A stretch of 63,920 nucleotides of DNA, the filler included, from Octopus bimaculoides (lineage: Eukaryota): NCBI RefSeq assembly GCF_001194135.2. It is 6 parts of 6 records of this genome, joined end to end, with 100 filler letters (N's around TTAATTAATTAA, not from the genome) between each part and the next. Parts side by side here need not be neighbours in the genome. Positions count along the whole stretch, not along the records: positions 35,510 to 53,367 come from NC_068989.1; 5 more parts are not named here. One strand, written 5' to 3'. The notes beneath the pieces are model-generated. The model saw only the letters and a list, made by a program, of their open reading frames with translations, did no database searches and was not told the DNA's origin. Shown here in pieces: positions 37,905 to 49,789 of the stretch; the stretch's first letter is position 1; each line of letters starts with the position of its first letter. The translations under genes and the position numbers were made by a program.

Positions 37905-38634
37905 TACAATACTTGCGTGGTGTTTCTGCATGTTGTGCATACATGTATTGCATAGTGAAAGAAAAAACAAAACGCAAACAGAAACAAACCTAGATAACTG
38001 AATAAATATATACACCACTAGCGTTCATGCATGAAGAGACATCCTTCGCTGTTATTCTTTCACTCTCTCCGTTTGTGTACGTATATCCACTTCTCTCTCG
38101 CTCTTACATACACATATACATACATAGTTCTTATTTATGAATATGCGTGTGCTTGTGTATATATATGTGTGTGTGTATTTAGTTTTACATACATACCTAC
38201 ATATATATAATATGCGAAATATGGGCAAAGATTTCGAGGAACTGTCATCATTTGTGATATAAATAATGTACGTCTTGTTTATTTATTAGAGTTCTTCCTA
38301 CAAGGAAGGAGCTGGTTTCTTACAAAGAAACAAATCTGCATTGCTGTATTTTTGTGGGGATAACAAAAACACACGAATGGCGTTTAAAAACGTCTTGCAT
38401 ATTTTTACTGTTCCACTTACATATTTGGATTCTTGAAGTGTTTGTTAGCTCGCCACATTAAAAAAAAGTTTTTTGTCTGAAAATTCGATCTTTTCCTAAT
38501 CATCGTTTAAATATTTACTAATATAACCAAGTTCTCTGATAATTACTGGTATAAACGTGAATTTATTATCAAGCTATAGGAGCTGCAGGTTTTGAAGTAG
38601 TTTTTTTTTTTTTTTTTTTTTTTTTTTTCTTGTT

Positions 38635-38950
38635 TTAGCCATTTGACTGCGGCCATGCTAGGGTACCGTCTTGAAGAGTTTTAGTCGAAGAAATCTACCC
38701 TAGGAGTTAGTTTTTTTGAAACCTAGTACTTCTTCTATTGGTCTATTTAGCTGAACCTCTAGGTTATGGGAACGTAAACACACCAACACCGGTTATCACA
38801 CACATACGATGAGGTTTTTTCAGTTTCTGTCTGCTAAATCCACTCTCAAGGCTTTGAACAGCCTGAGGCCATAGTAGAAGATACTCGCTCAAGATGCCAT
38901 GCAGTAGGACTGAACCTGGAACCATGTGGTTGGGAAGTAAACTTCTTAAT
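38635..38950 (-). mobile_element. SINE family A copy
   Basis: Reverse-complement match to the family A head and tail. Confidence 0.8.
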
Positions 38951-40295
38951 CGCACAGTCACAACTGTGAAACTATTTGTAGTTTTTAAACCATTTATAAT
39001 AACTTATGAAACCCAGTTCAGATCAAAAGTGGCAAAGGATAAAACCGATGACTCTGGCTGGATGGTTACTCTTTATTCTAGACATGTTGACCGTACTTTT
39101 ATCGGGCAATGATGAATGTACTCACATGAACTGCTAGAAGTAGCAGCTAAAATCTCTATGATATGTCACTTTCAGGACATATTTTATTTAAAAGCAAAAC
39201 AAAAAAAATGTAATATTAGGGATAGTCATGGATGGATCTCATTTGATCATAGATTGACTCGTTTATGATTGAACTAGAGCTAAACAAGAACTAACTGTAA
39301 TTCTTGCTATATTTAGTCTCTCCTCCTTTCCCTTTCTCTCTTCCTTTCTGCACATATATACATATGAATAAGCACACACATATATACATACATATATACA
39401 CACACATACATATCTACCTATCTTTCTTTTTTTCTTTCTGCAGCACGTACACAAATGTACTACTCAGGTTTCATGGAGTAGCAGTTACCTGCACTCGGAA
39501 AGAGTACAAATTTTCTTTTGAGTGCAGATATCTGCTGTGCTGTGAAATTTAAGTAATGTATTTGTCTATCTTAAATACTGTATAAAAGATCAGTTAACTC
39601 TTAACAGAAGTATTGAGTTCTCTCTAATTGTGGAATATACACCCAGTAATGAGTGTTATATAGCTACTGTGTATATAGTTGCTGTGTACTTGCATATGTG
39701 TTTGTTACAGTGGATGTGTATGTGTCACTTACTTTATAAAGATGTAAGAGGGACAGAGAATGAAAGAGAAACTGAGTGACAAGGCATGGTGTCATTTCGG
39801 CTCCCATAGTGCCAATGCTTATAATAGGGTTTGCTAGAAGACTTTATTTCTTTTTGTGTCTCTGAAAGGACAATATAATCATCTTTTGAAGATATAGAAA
39901 ATGTTATTTAGGGCCAAAACAGTGGTCATTTTTAAGGACAACACAAATACTGTATGGATTTTCGCTGTCATTATTTTGCAATGGTTAATGAAACACAACA
40001 AAGAATATCAAATGTAATTCTCATTTATTTTCTTTGTTTTGAATTAATCATACATTATGTTGTAGCTTAAAAATTTTGATAAAGTGATTGTTACTTTTAA
40101 GAGTAGCATTATAAGGTCAGAGTGAGAGGCCAGATCTGGCCGGTTTGAACATGTAACAGAATATTTGGGTTTGATATGGCCATTTTTAAATGCTAAATGG
40201 TTAAACAGACATGATGGTCATAACTAGAAGGCCTTTGATCTTTGTTTTGCCTGGCTGTGGTTATCCTGGAGCTGAATAACAACGATAATATATTT

Positions 40296-40432
40296 CAGTT
40301 CTATATTTAAGAGATGAGGAATTCTGTACATTATTTACATTATTTACATTCAACGGATATGGCGTAGTAGTTAAGAGCATGGGCTACTAACCCCGAGATT
40401 CTGAGTTCGATTCCAAGCAGTGACCTGAACAC

Positions 40433-40464
<32 letters not shown>

Positions 40465-40599
40465 TCGAAAAATACCTTAGGAATGAGAACCCAGGTTCGA
40501 AATTTCCCCATGACACCTGAAGAAGGCTTGAGGGTATATCAGCTGAAACGTGTTAGCAACAAACAAGATGAGGACAAATATCTGTCGAATGTAAATAAT
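40296..40599 (+). mobile_element. tRNA-headed, hammerhead-bearing non-autonomous retroelement with an inverted terminal segment
   Basis: A-box TGGCGTAGTAGTTA (40360-40373), B-box GAGTTCGATTCC (about 40403-40414), (TAA)n, hammerhead core 40512-40554, and a 22-nt inverted repeat (40339-40360 vs 40578-40599, 20/22 identity). Confidence 0.7.
40512..40554 (+). ncRNA. Minimal type I hammerhead ribozyme remnant, probably inactive
   Basis: GACAC-CTGAAGA-A-GGCT(loop)AGCT-GAAAC-GTGTT. Stem I and stem II pair, but no NUH cleavage triplet fits between GAAAC and stem I. Confidence 0.6.
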
Positions 40600-40654
40600 A
40601 TATTTGATAGTATATAGACTGTTTCTTTGTGTGTACCATTCAATACAAATTATT

Positions 40655-40684
40655 TACCTTTTGTTTTTGTTTTTTGTTTTGCAG
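40655..40684 (+). promoter_or_regulatory. 3' splice site (T-rich tract plus AG) of the last BAMBI intron
   Basis: TTTACCTTTTGTTTTTGTTTTTTGTTTTGCAG directly precedes the in-frame BAMBI homology. Confidence 0.85.
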
Positions 40685-41121
40685 GACGTAAACAGAACCA
40701 GATGTCTTACACAGGGAATTACCCAGAAAGAAATGAAAACCGAGACCTCTGGTTTAAGGCCGCTGTGATAGCCGTACCAATCGCCGGTGGATTTATCCTT
40801 ATTCTCCTCGTACTTGTTGCCGTACGAATGTTACGCTCAGACAGTCAAAGACACAGGCGCCTTGTCGCTGACCGGCGAGGACGCTCTCTAACAAAAGCGC
40901 AGCTTTATGTAGCCGATCATTTCAACGACAAAGATCACGGTTTCGCATCACCGTCATTCGCTGAAAAGGCTGTGCATTTATATAAAGATGTTAATTCAAA
41001 AGTGGACAGAGATGGGAAAATGTACGAACGAGTACGAGACAAAGACATTCAACAGAAACTCTCACCTTCGGTGATCGTTTGGGGTACACAAGCAAAAAGA
41101 GACTTTGCTACAGTTGTATAG
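40685..41121 (+). CDS. BAMBI: BMP and activin membrane-bound inhibitor, terminal coding exon (juxtamembrane region, TM helix, cytoplasmic tail, stop)
   Basis: Translation ...RDLWFKAAVIAVPIAGGFILILLVLVAVRMLRSD... matches the vertebrate BAMBI signature (ELWFRAAVIAVPIAGGLILVLLIMLALRMLRSE). Distal SVIVWG parallels vertebrate SLVHWG. A T-rich tract ends in the acceptor TTTTGCAG (AG 40683-40684). The intron is phase 1 (GA completes a Gly codon). TAG at 41119-41121. The ORF-track start at 40627 is intronic. Confidence 0.93.
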
Positions 41122-42035
41122 TAATTATGATAATTATAATAATACTAATAATAATTATATTAATAATAATAAAAAATAATTCAGTTAATATTGAGAGGAT
41201 TATGGACTTGGCAGAGAACTGGAGCAAATACTCGATGGTATTTAGTTTCATACTATGACATCCTGAGATCAAATCTCAACGGGGGCCAACTCTGCCTTTC
41301 ATACTTGATGGGGTTTGAAAAAGTATGTACCAGTATTATACTGGGGCTTCGATATACATACCGTTGCTCATAACAAAACTTGGTCATGTATGTGTTTGTG
41401 TGTGTCTGTGTGAGTGTGTCTGAGACTTAGTCAAAACAACAACACAGAGAAGAGAACTATTATAACAGTAATAGTAATAACTATATTTAATATCATTGTT
41501 ATTAATAATGATGATGATAATAATAAACAGGGTTTGGGAGCTTCATCAACTTGTATATATTTATTTGGCTAAAGTCTATGAATAAGAGACTCTAAGGAGT
41601 GCATTATGTGATGCGTCTAGTGTTGAATATTTAGTTTGTTGTCATAGGAGTGAAAGCATAAATGTATATATATATTGTGTGCGTGTCAGATATGAATACA
41701 TACATACATGTATACATGGATGCATGTATGTATATATGTATAATGACTGTGTGTATTTATGTAATTGCTGTTATTAAAGGAGAGAGAGAAAGTAGAAAAA
41801 CGAGGAAGATGGTGAGGTGATGAAGCCAGTTGCTTCCTCTTTGTACTCCCTGTCTTAGTACTGTCATAGGACCCTTTCTGTTTAATTATTTCTGGAGTTA
41901 GTTGGTCAGTTAAGTAAAGTGCTGGTCAGGTGTTGGTCCAGTATAGTGAATTACTTGCCCAGATCTCTTCCGACAAAATTTCTGGGCTCCTTCTTGTGTT
42001 AAATACCTGCAAGTATTGCAAAGAATAAAATTAAC
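41122..42035 (+). other. Probable BAMBI 3' UTR, AU-rich, with candidate poly(A) signals
   Basis: (TAA)-rich tract after the stop. AATAAA at 41522-41527 and about 42024-42029. The true 3' end cannot be fixed without RNA data. Confidence 0.45.
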
Positions 42036-42203
42036 TGCATTGATGTGGCCAATCTCCAAGGTTCTGCAGTGGTCGTGGGGTCAGCTCCCTTCTTCCAGAT
42101 CAATGATTGGAGAGTCTACAATGGCAATGTGCGCTGCCCCTTTCTGCCAGATCAACCATTAGAGAGTCTGTCAAGGCCGGAGTGATGTCTCATTTCTCTA
42201 GAT

Positions 42204-42525
42204 CAGTGGTTTTCAATCAGGGTCTATGTAAGATTTTTGGGAACCCACACAAGCAGAATAGTAAATTGGGGACACATAGTAGTATATTAAGGGTCAGTGG
42301 AAAAATTTTGCTTTAAATGTATCTATTGCAAGAGACAGTTGGATTTCATTCTCTGTTTTACATCGTTCAGCTACAGAAGTGAATGTGTGAAAAACAGAAT
42401 AGGAATTTTGAAAGAAGGATCTATAAAACTAGTTTTTAAACATCGAATGACTACAGGGGTCCACCAGAATAAAACAGTAATCAAAAGGGGTCTATAAATA
42501 AAAAAAAAAAGGTTGAGAACCACTG
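42204..42525. mobile_element. hAT (Charlie-like) MITE, 322 bp
   Basis: TIRs CAGTGGTTTTCAATC and GGTTGAGAACCACTG. 8-bp TSD CTCTAGAT / CTTTAGAT (one mismatch). Confidence 0.88.
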
Positions 42526-42861
42526 CTTTAGATATTCTCCAATGGTTGGAGGGCCTATGAGAGCAGTCCCATTCATCAGAACAATTAATGGCAAAAGTAG
42601 TAATAAATACACATGTGAGAGATCAGCAGGGGTCAGGGAGCTGGAGGGACTGATATGAATAGGGTCTTTATTAATTTCATTGTGGAAACCAACCTCACTG
42701 CTATAAAATTGTGAATTCAGTTAAACCTGTAGATGGCTCATGTACCGAGTTCAAATCCATCTTGGGGCAAAACAACAGCTTATTCTTCAGGGCGGGAGTA
42801 AAAGCAAAGTACAAATCTCTTTTGCATTCGGTCCCTTTCATCCAGTATTCAAACAACACAC

Positions 42862-43247
42862 CTTGAGGTATTCTTTTACTTGTCTCAATCATTTGACTGC
42901 GGTCATGCTGGAGCACCACCTTTAGTTGAACAAATCGAACCCAGGTCTTACTCTTTGTCAACCTAGTACTTATTATATCAGTCTTTTGCCAAACCACTAA
43001 GTTATGGAGATGTAACCACACCAACATTGGTTGTCAAGCGATGGGGGTGGGGACAAACACAGACATATATATATGTATATATACGATAGACTTCTTTCAG
43101 TTTCCGTCTACCAAATCCACTCGCAAGGCTTTGGTCAGCCTGAGGCTATAGTAGAAGACACTTGCTCAAGGTGCCACGCAGTGGGACTGAACCCAGAACC
43201 ATGTGGTTGGGAAGCAAACTTCTTACCACACAGCCACTCCTACGCCT
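42862..43247 (-). mobile_element. SINE family A copy
   Basis: Near-complete reverse-complement copy with a short internal (TA) tract. Confidence 0.85.
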
Positions 43248-43663
43248 ATACTGATATGGTACTAATGTTAATTATCATCAATTAGTGTCATTACTAACAA
43301 ATAAAAACACAAACTGTACAACCACCAACACTGCAACCGCAACCACCACCACCAACATTACTCACTACAACTACAACTACATTGATAGTTCATAAGTGTG
43401 AGATGGTGTTTACTATGCTGAAGCAAGATCCCTATCTGGCAAATGTAATGTCTTACTATGATGTTGGTGAGTCTCATTAACTTAAACTGAGGTCCCTCAG
43501 TCACCGAGTCAAAGAACATGGATGTGGTGGCAGAAGTTGTAACAACATATTGAAGTTGGTTCAGCTTATCCATTCGTCTGTCTCCATCTTTTATCTCTCC
43601 CCCCCCCTCTCTCTCTCTCACCTTTATGTATGCATTTGTCGATATGAGCAATACACTCAGCTA

Positions 43664-43708
<45 letters not shown>

Positions 43709-43745
43709 GCTTGGGTGTGTGTGTGTATAAATATATGTGTATTTA

Positions 43746-43786
<41 letters not shown>

Positions 43787-43945
43787 ATTTATATATATAT
43801 ATATGTGTGTGTGTATGTTTGTATATATGTGCATGTCTATTATGTACTTACATGTATTTTCTTGTCTCAACTCTCTCTAATGGAGTCGGCATGCTTATTT
43901 ATGCCTGTTTTTGTATGCACCCACTATACACCCCCCCACACCCAC

Positions 43946-43980
<35 letters not shown>

Positions 43981-44297
43981 CACACAAACAGTCTCAATAC
44001 CTATATGTATGTCTCCATAATATAAGTGCCATTAGGTTATATTTTCCCATTATTCTGCATTGCTGTTTGTTTGTTTCGAGTCATTCATTATTGTCTGTTA
44101 TATATATCATCATCATCATCATCGTTTAACGTCCACCTTCCATGCTAGCATGGGTTGGACGATTTGACTGAGGACTGGTGAAACCGGATGGCAACACCAG
44201 GCTCCAATCTAATTTGGCAGTGTTTCTACAGCTGGATGCCCTTCCTAACGCCAACCACTCAGAGAGTGTAGAACAATATATGAACAATATTTCAACA

Positions 44298-44339
<42 letters not shown>

Positions 44340-44813
44340 CCTATGCTCACAAAAATACACATGCGCTCAGTTTCTCCTGAGGTGAACACACCAAACACTT
44401 GCACCTCATTTTTATTTCACCTTCTTTCTCTCATTTAAATTTATTCATTGTTTTATTTTTTCTCGTTTTTCTCTTTTGTATTGTCTGTAACAAGTAATAC
44501 ACTTTCATTAATTAGGATAGTGGTTGCACGAGAAATTTCGGTGCATGCAGTGAGCGTGCTAAAGCAGATTTATCCATGGGGCATGCACACAAATACACAC
44601 AAAGACTATTGTGCATTAATATCTTCGAAACGGCTAGATAGAATAGAGACAGCTGATCAAGGGATATTCCAAGTAGCTTTCCGTTTTCCTATGTGTTCGT
44701 TCCGTTGTCTGTAGTTTATTGTTCTAACGTCCTGTACCCTGATATGCATATATATACACATGTAGATGTAAGTATGTACATATATGTGTGTATACATGTA
44801 TATATATTCCTTG

Positions 44814-44851
<38 letters not shown>

Positions 44852-46246
44852 GCACACACATACGTGTGTGTTTGTGTATATATACACATACATGTGTATA
44901 TATATATATATATATATGTATATGTATAGATAGATAGATAGATATATAGATATACACATACATGTGTGTATGTGTATATATATATGCGTGTGTGGGGGTG
45001 TAGATATATATATATATAATATGTTGGATTTTGACTGACACAGAGTAGTTCTCAATACATGCTGTTGATGATGTGGTCTTTTATTGAAATTGAAACTATG
45101 AGGCTTGAGTTAAACACCGATGCACTCAAAAGTTGCGGTGGTCATGGGAGGAGAAACTCTGAGAGATTCAATTTCAATTAATGCATGCACACACGTATAT
45201 TATTATATATGTCATAGTTTCACTAAGTCATATTCATATCAATAACCAATTATTTGCACTCAATATACACGTATTTGGTGCTTGAGACTTAAGTGTCAAC
45301 TCGGTACACAGCAGAATATCAATTAATGCATTACAATAGAATATAGCAGTCATTATAATACAACGATTTCAGCTATAAGAAGAAGCACTGCACTTAGGTT
45401 GCAATGATTCTTGTAGCAGAAACAGATGTAAGCCAATGAAGGTGCTATTACAAAAGTCCTGTCTTCACACACATACACACATATAATGATGTATGTATAT
45501 ATCGGATATTGGTGTTGATAGTTCATTTCTAGACAAGGTACTTATCTGAGCATATTTTAAATGGTTTTATGTCAATGTATGTATTTTTCAATATGTGCCT
45601 ATATAAATGTGTGTGTATATATGTATATATGTATGTATATATGTATGTGTATATATATATATATATACACGTTATTTGTGTGTGTGTTTATCAACTAATA
45701 ACTAGCACTTGACTATGAATAATTGGGTACACTAGCAGCAGTATTTTGGATAGGTACTATCCCTTAGTTGGTTTCTCAACCAGCTAACTCACACTGAAAT
45801 ATATATATATATATATATANNNNNNNNNNNNNNNNNNNNNNNNNNNNNNNNNNNNNNNNNNNNNNNNNNNNNNNNNNNNNNNNNNNNNNNNNNNNNNNNN
45901 NNNNNNNNNNNNNNNNNNNNNNNNNNNNNNNNNNNNNNNNNNNNNNNNNNNNNNNNNNNNNNNNNNNNNNNNNNNNNNNNNNNNNNNNNNTGTCGGTATT
46001 GTGGAGGTATTAAGAAATTATAGAATGAACTCAGATATATATATTTTTGTCTGTGTCTTGGCATAACTTGCATATTGAATTACGAAATTAATTTAAGTAA
46101 TGCATATATATATATATATAAGTGGATATATCTGTATATGTATGTCTCCCTTCCTCTCTCTCTCTCTCTGTTTATGTGTGTGTACATGTTTCTTTGTATG
46201 TATACATATATATGCAAATATGAAAATATAGGTACGTTTACATTTG

Positions 46247-46277
<31 letters not shown>

Positions 46278-46333
46278 CATACATACATACATATATATGT
46301 GCGTGTGTATTTGTAGATGTATATACTTATACA

Positions 46334-46383
<50 letters not shown>

Positions 46384-46461
46384 TATATATATATACATAC
46401 ATATATACACACCCATATACACACATGCACAAACGCACACACACACACACANNNNNNNNNN

Positions 46462-46546
<85 letters not shown>

Positions 46547-46922
46547 ATGTTAGTGTCTATGCATATATCAATATAATTAATTGCATATGAATCATGTATT
46601 TATATGTATTTATATATGCAGAGACTGATCTGTATACACACACACACACACACATCTTCTAAACTTGTTAAGGGATTATATACACTTGCTTATAAGCATA
46701 CATACTTACATAGCTGATAGTGAATGTTATGTGTGTGTGTGTGCATGCTCATGTGTGTAAGTGTTTCTAATTTATATATACATAATATATGTATGTTTAT
46801 ATTTTGTAAAATGTGAAGTGATTTGGATGTATAAAAATTCCCATTCTTTTGTCCTTCAATATTTGGAATTATTCTGTAAATAACAAGATTTCAAACACAT
46901 ACACTTATATCACACTCACACA

Positions 46923-46966
<44 letters not shown>

Positions 46967-47407
46967 CGAAATGTATCAGAAAGATTTAAAAAAAAACAAA
47001 ATTATATTTTGTTATAAACAAGAAATTTTATTTATTAAATCGAATTCAATTAAAAAAATTATGTACATAAATTGACTCTTTTTGTTGTTATTTTTTGAGC
47101 ACCTTAATATGTTCTTAGGCTATGTATGTATATGTGTGTGTTTGTTTATTTGTTTGTGTGGTGTGTGTGGGGGGCTGTTTGGTTAAGGAGTTTTCTTCTT
47201 AGCCACATTGTTCCAGTTTCACCTCCACTGTGTGGTACGGTACCTTGGGCATATGTCTTCTACTATATGCCCCAGGCCAGCCAAAGCCTCATGAGTAGAT
47301 TTGGTTGGTGGAAACTGAGAGAAACCCGTCATATATGTGTGTGTGTATATATATATATTCATATCTGTGTGTTGCATTATCTTGACATCATGTTTCCAAT
47401 AGATATA

Positions 47408-48841
47408 CGAGGGTCGGCTGAAAAGTCTATAGGGTAACCAAGAGACTCTCAGAGAATGTAACCAAATGAGGGTTATTTTTCAACATAATCCCCCCACCCT
47501 TGTGGTTCACACATTTCTTCCGTCAGTGTTGATGTGTTTGGACCCCTTGGTAAAAAGTTTTCTTCCTCATGCTCAAAAATTCATCAACAGCAGAAATGAT
47601 GTCACCTCCACTACGATACTGGTTCCCAGCCAGGTGTTTTTTTGTTTTCACGGGGAACTGATGATAATCAGATGGGGCCAAAGAAGAAGTATATGGATGG
47701 TGATCCATCAGTTCAAAGCCACAATTACGCGTAGTAGCCGTTGAAATCAAACTCCTGTGTGTCGGAGCATTATCCTGTTGAAACAAAAGCCCTTTCGTCA
47801 GTTTACCTTGGCATTTGGTCTTATTTCTTTATTGCCCACATGGAGCTAAACATACAGAGGACAAACAAGGATAGACAAAGGAATTAAGTCGATTACATCG
47901 ACCCCGAAAGGATGAAAGGCAAAGTCGACCTCAGCAGAATCTGAACTCAGAACGTAACGGCAGACGAAATACCGCTAAGCATTTCGCCCAGCATGCTAAC
48001 GTTTCTGCCAACTCGCCTCCTTGGCATTTGGTCTTGGTCACCAGTAACTACTTCAAGTTGTCATAGTACACACCATTCATGTGACTCTTTTGAAGATAGT
48101 CAGTAAATACAATGTCTTTCGCATTCTAAGGAACTGAGGCCATCACCTTTCCTCGGCCATCTTTGGAGCAGGCGAGGAGGGGTGTTTCTACTGCATAGAT
48201 TATCTTTTTATCTCTGAATCAAATTGATGAATTCAACACTCATCCTGGGTTAGGAAACATTCAAGGAATCCAGCTGGATCTGCCACAAGCAATGTCAGAT
48301 TTTCCCGTGAAGTGATCATCTTGGAGCGCTTTTGACCAGGTGTCAGTGGACGTGGCACTCACTGAACAGAAACCTTCGTCATATCAACTTCATTGTACAG
48401 AATATTCAGAACTTTCTCAGGGGATATCCTAATAGCATTGGCTGTTTGATTGATAGTCGATTGCCTGTCATCCATCATGCGGTGAACGCGATCACTGTTT
48501 TCCTCGGCGGTGGCAGTTGCAGGACGTCCAGACCTTGGGTTATCGTCAAGACTCTCGCTCCCCCTCCTAAATTCAGCTGACCACATTGGCACAGTTGATA
48601 AAGCTAAAACGTCATCCCCTAATGTTGCAACCGTGTCAGCGCGAATGTCCTTGGCGGTTAAATACTTTTTGATAACACCACGATGTCATATTTTGCCTAT
48701 TTTCAAGAGAAATCGCTTAGAAGTTACTAGTCTTCTTTGAACAGTTAGATGTCAGTTTATCTGGAAAGAAACAATGCAGTTATTGATAAGCAGAGCATCA
48801 CTCTTTCATTGCAAGCCAATGAGCTTTTCAGCTCTCTCTCG
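47408..48841 (-). mobile_element. Full-length decayed mariner (DD34D) DNA transposon
   Basis: TA flanks (47406-47407, 48842-48843). TIRs CGAGGGTCGGCTGAAAAGT and GCTTTTCAGCTCTCTCTCG. Minus-strand peptides WSAEFRRGSESLDDNPRSGRP (HTH region) and QDNAPTH...HPYTSSLAPSDYHQFP (YSPDLAPSD motif). Frameshifts and stops. Confidence 0.93.
47823..48018 (-). mobile_element. SINE family B nested in the mariner, with a 17-bp TSD
   Basis: CCTTGGCATTTGGTCTT at 47806-47822 and 48019-48035 flanks a family B copy. Confidence 0.92.
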
Positions 48842-48964
48842 TACATCATTGACTCTCCTGTCGTATATGTCAAATAAAGTGTTCTGTGATTTCTTAAGCA
48901 TCTTAAGCAGTGTCATTCGTTTCAAGTTTTCCATGGAAACATATCCACCCAAGAGGAAATATTC

Positions 48965-49400
48965 TTTTCTACTCTAGGCACAAGGCCGGAAATTATTGGG
49001 GACGGGGCCAGTCGATTAGATCGACCCCTGTATACAACTGGTACTTAATTTATTGAACCCGAAAGGATAAAAGGCAAAGTCGACCTCGGCGGCGGAATTT
49101 GAACTCTGAACGTAGCGATGGGTGAAATACTACTGAGCATTTCGCCCGGCGTGCTAACGTTTCTTATTTCTTTACTGCCCACAAGGGGCTACACACAGAG
49201 GAGGCAAACAAGGACAGACAAACGGATTAAGTCGATTAGATCTACCTACCCCAGTGCGTAATTGGTACTTATTTAATCGATCCCGAAAAGATGAAAGGCA
49301 AAGTCGACCGCGGCGGAATTTGAACTCAGAACGTAGCGGCAGACGACATACTGCTAAGCATTTCGCCCGGTGTGCTAACGTTTCTGCCAGTTCGCCGCCT
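48965..49400 (-). mobile_element. Two abutting SINE family B copies with different tails
   Basis: Copy at about 48965-49162 (tail GGCCTTGTGCCTAGAGTAGAAAAG on the minus strand) is joined to a copy at about 49163-49400 (tail GCCCCTTGTGGGCAGTAAAGAAATAAG). Confidence 0.82.
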
Positions 49401-49789
49401 TCCAAAGGGGAAATATTACATTGTTTGGAAACAGGTGAGGGTTGGCGACAGTTGAGTGCATAATATACATGAATTACTGTCCACTGTGAGGTTGTAATAA
49501 TAGATACAGCAGACGTCTACAACTGTTTCATGCATCTAGTAAAATTAATTATTGATGGGCAAAACCAATGATGGCAAAAACTTATCGATATACTCCAGAG
49601 TAAACCTTAACATAAAGAGTAAATACTACAGTGATCAATGTAACAGTACTACCAGCCGAAACTGTCTCATGTAATTAGTGAACTTAATAATTTTATATAT
49701 GTAAGACGGTGAGCTGGCAGAATCGTTAAATCGTTAAATGATTATTCCGGAGCATGTTTACCATCTACTTCAATTTCTGCTTGGCGTTT

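Noticed and set aside
39444-39552. Acceptor-like TTTCTGCAG followed by a Cys-containing frame (…LLCCEI*) as a possible BAMBI ectodomain exon
   Set aside because: Lacks the BAMBI cysteine spacing and ends in a stop; the other frames close early.
40358-40425. tRNA gene
   Set aside because: A and B boxes are present but no acceptor stem or full cloverleaf; it is a retroelement head. The same applies to all SINE heads and to the T-arm fragment at about 54428-54460.
40627-40684. ORF-track N-terminus MCVPFNTNYLPFVFVFCFA of the BAMBI ORF
   Set aside because: Starts at a GTG inside the T-rich acceptor tract; it is intron sequence.
43358-43651. 97-aa minus-strand ORF downstream of BAMBI
   Set aside because: No recognisable domain, begins in GA repeat, and length is within chance range.
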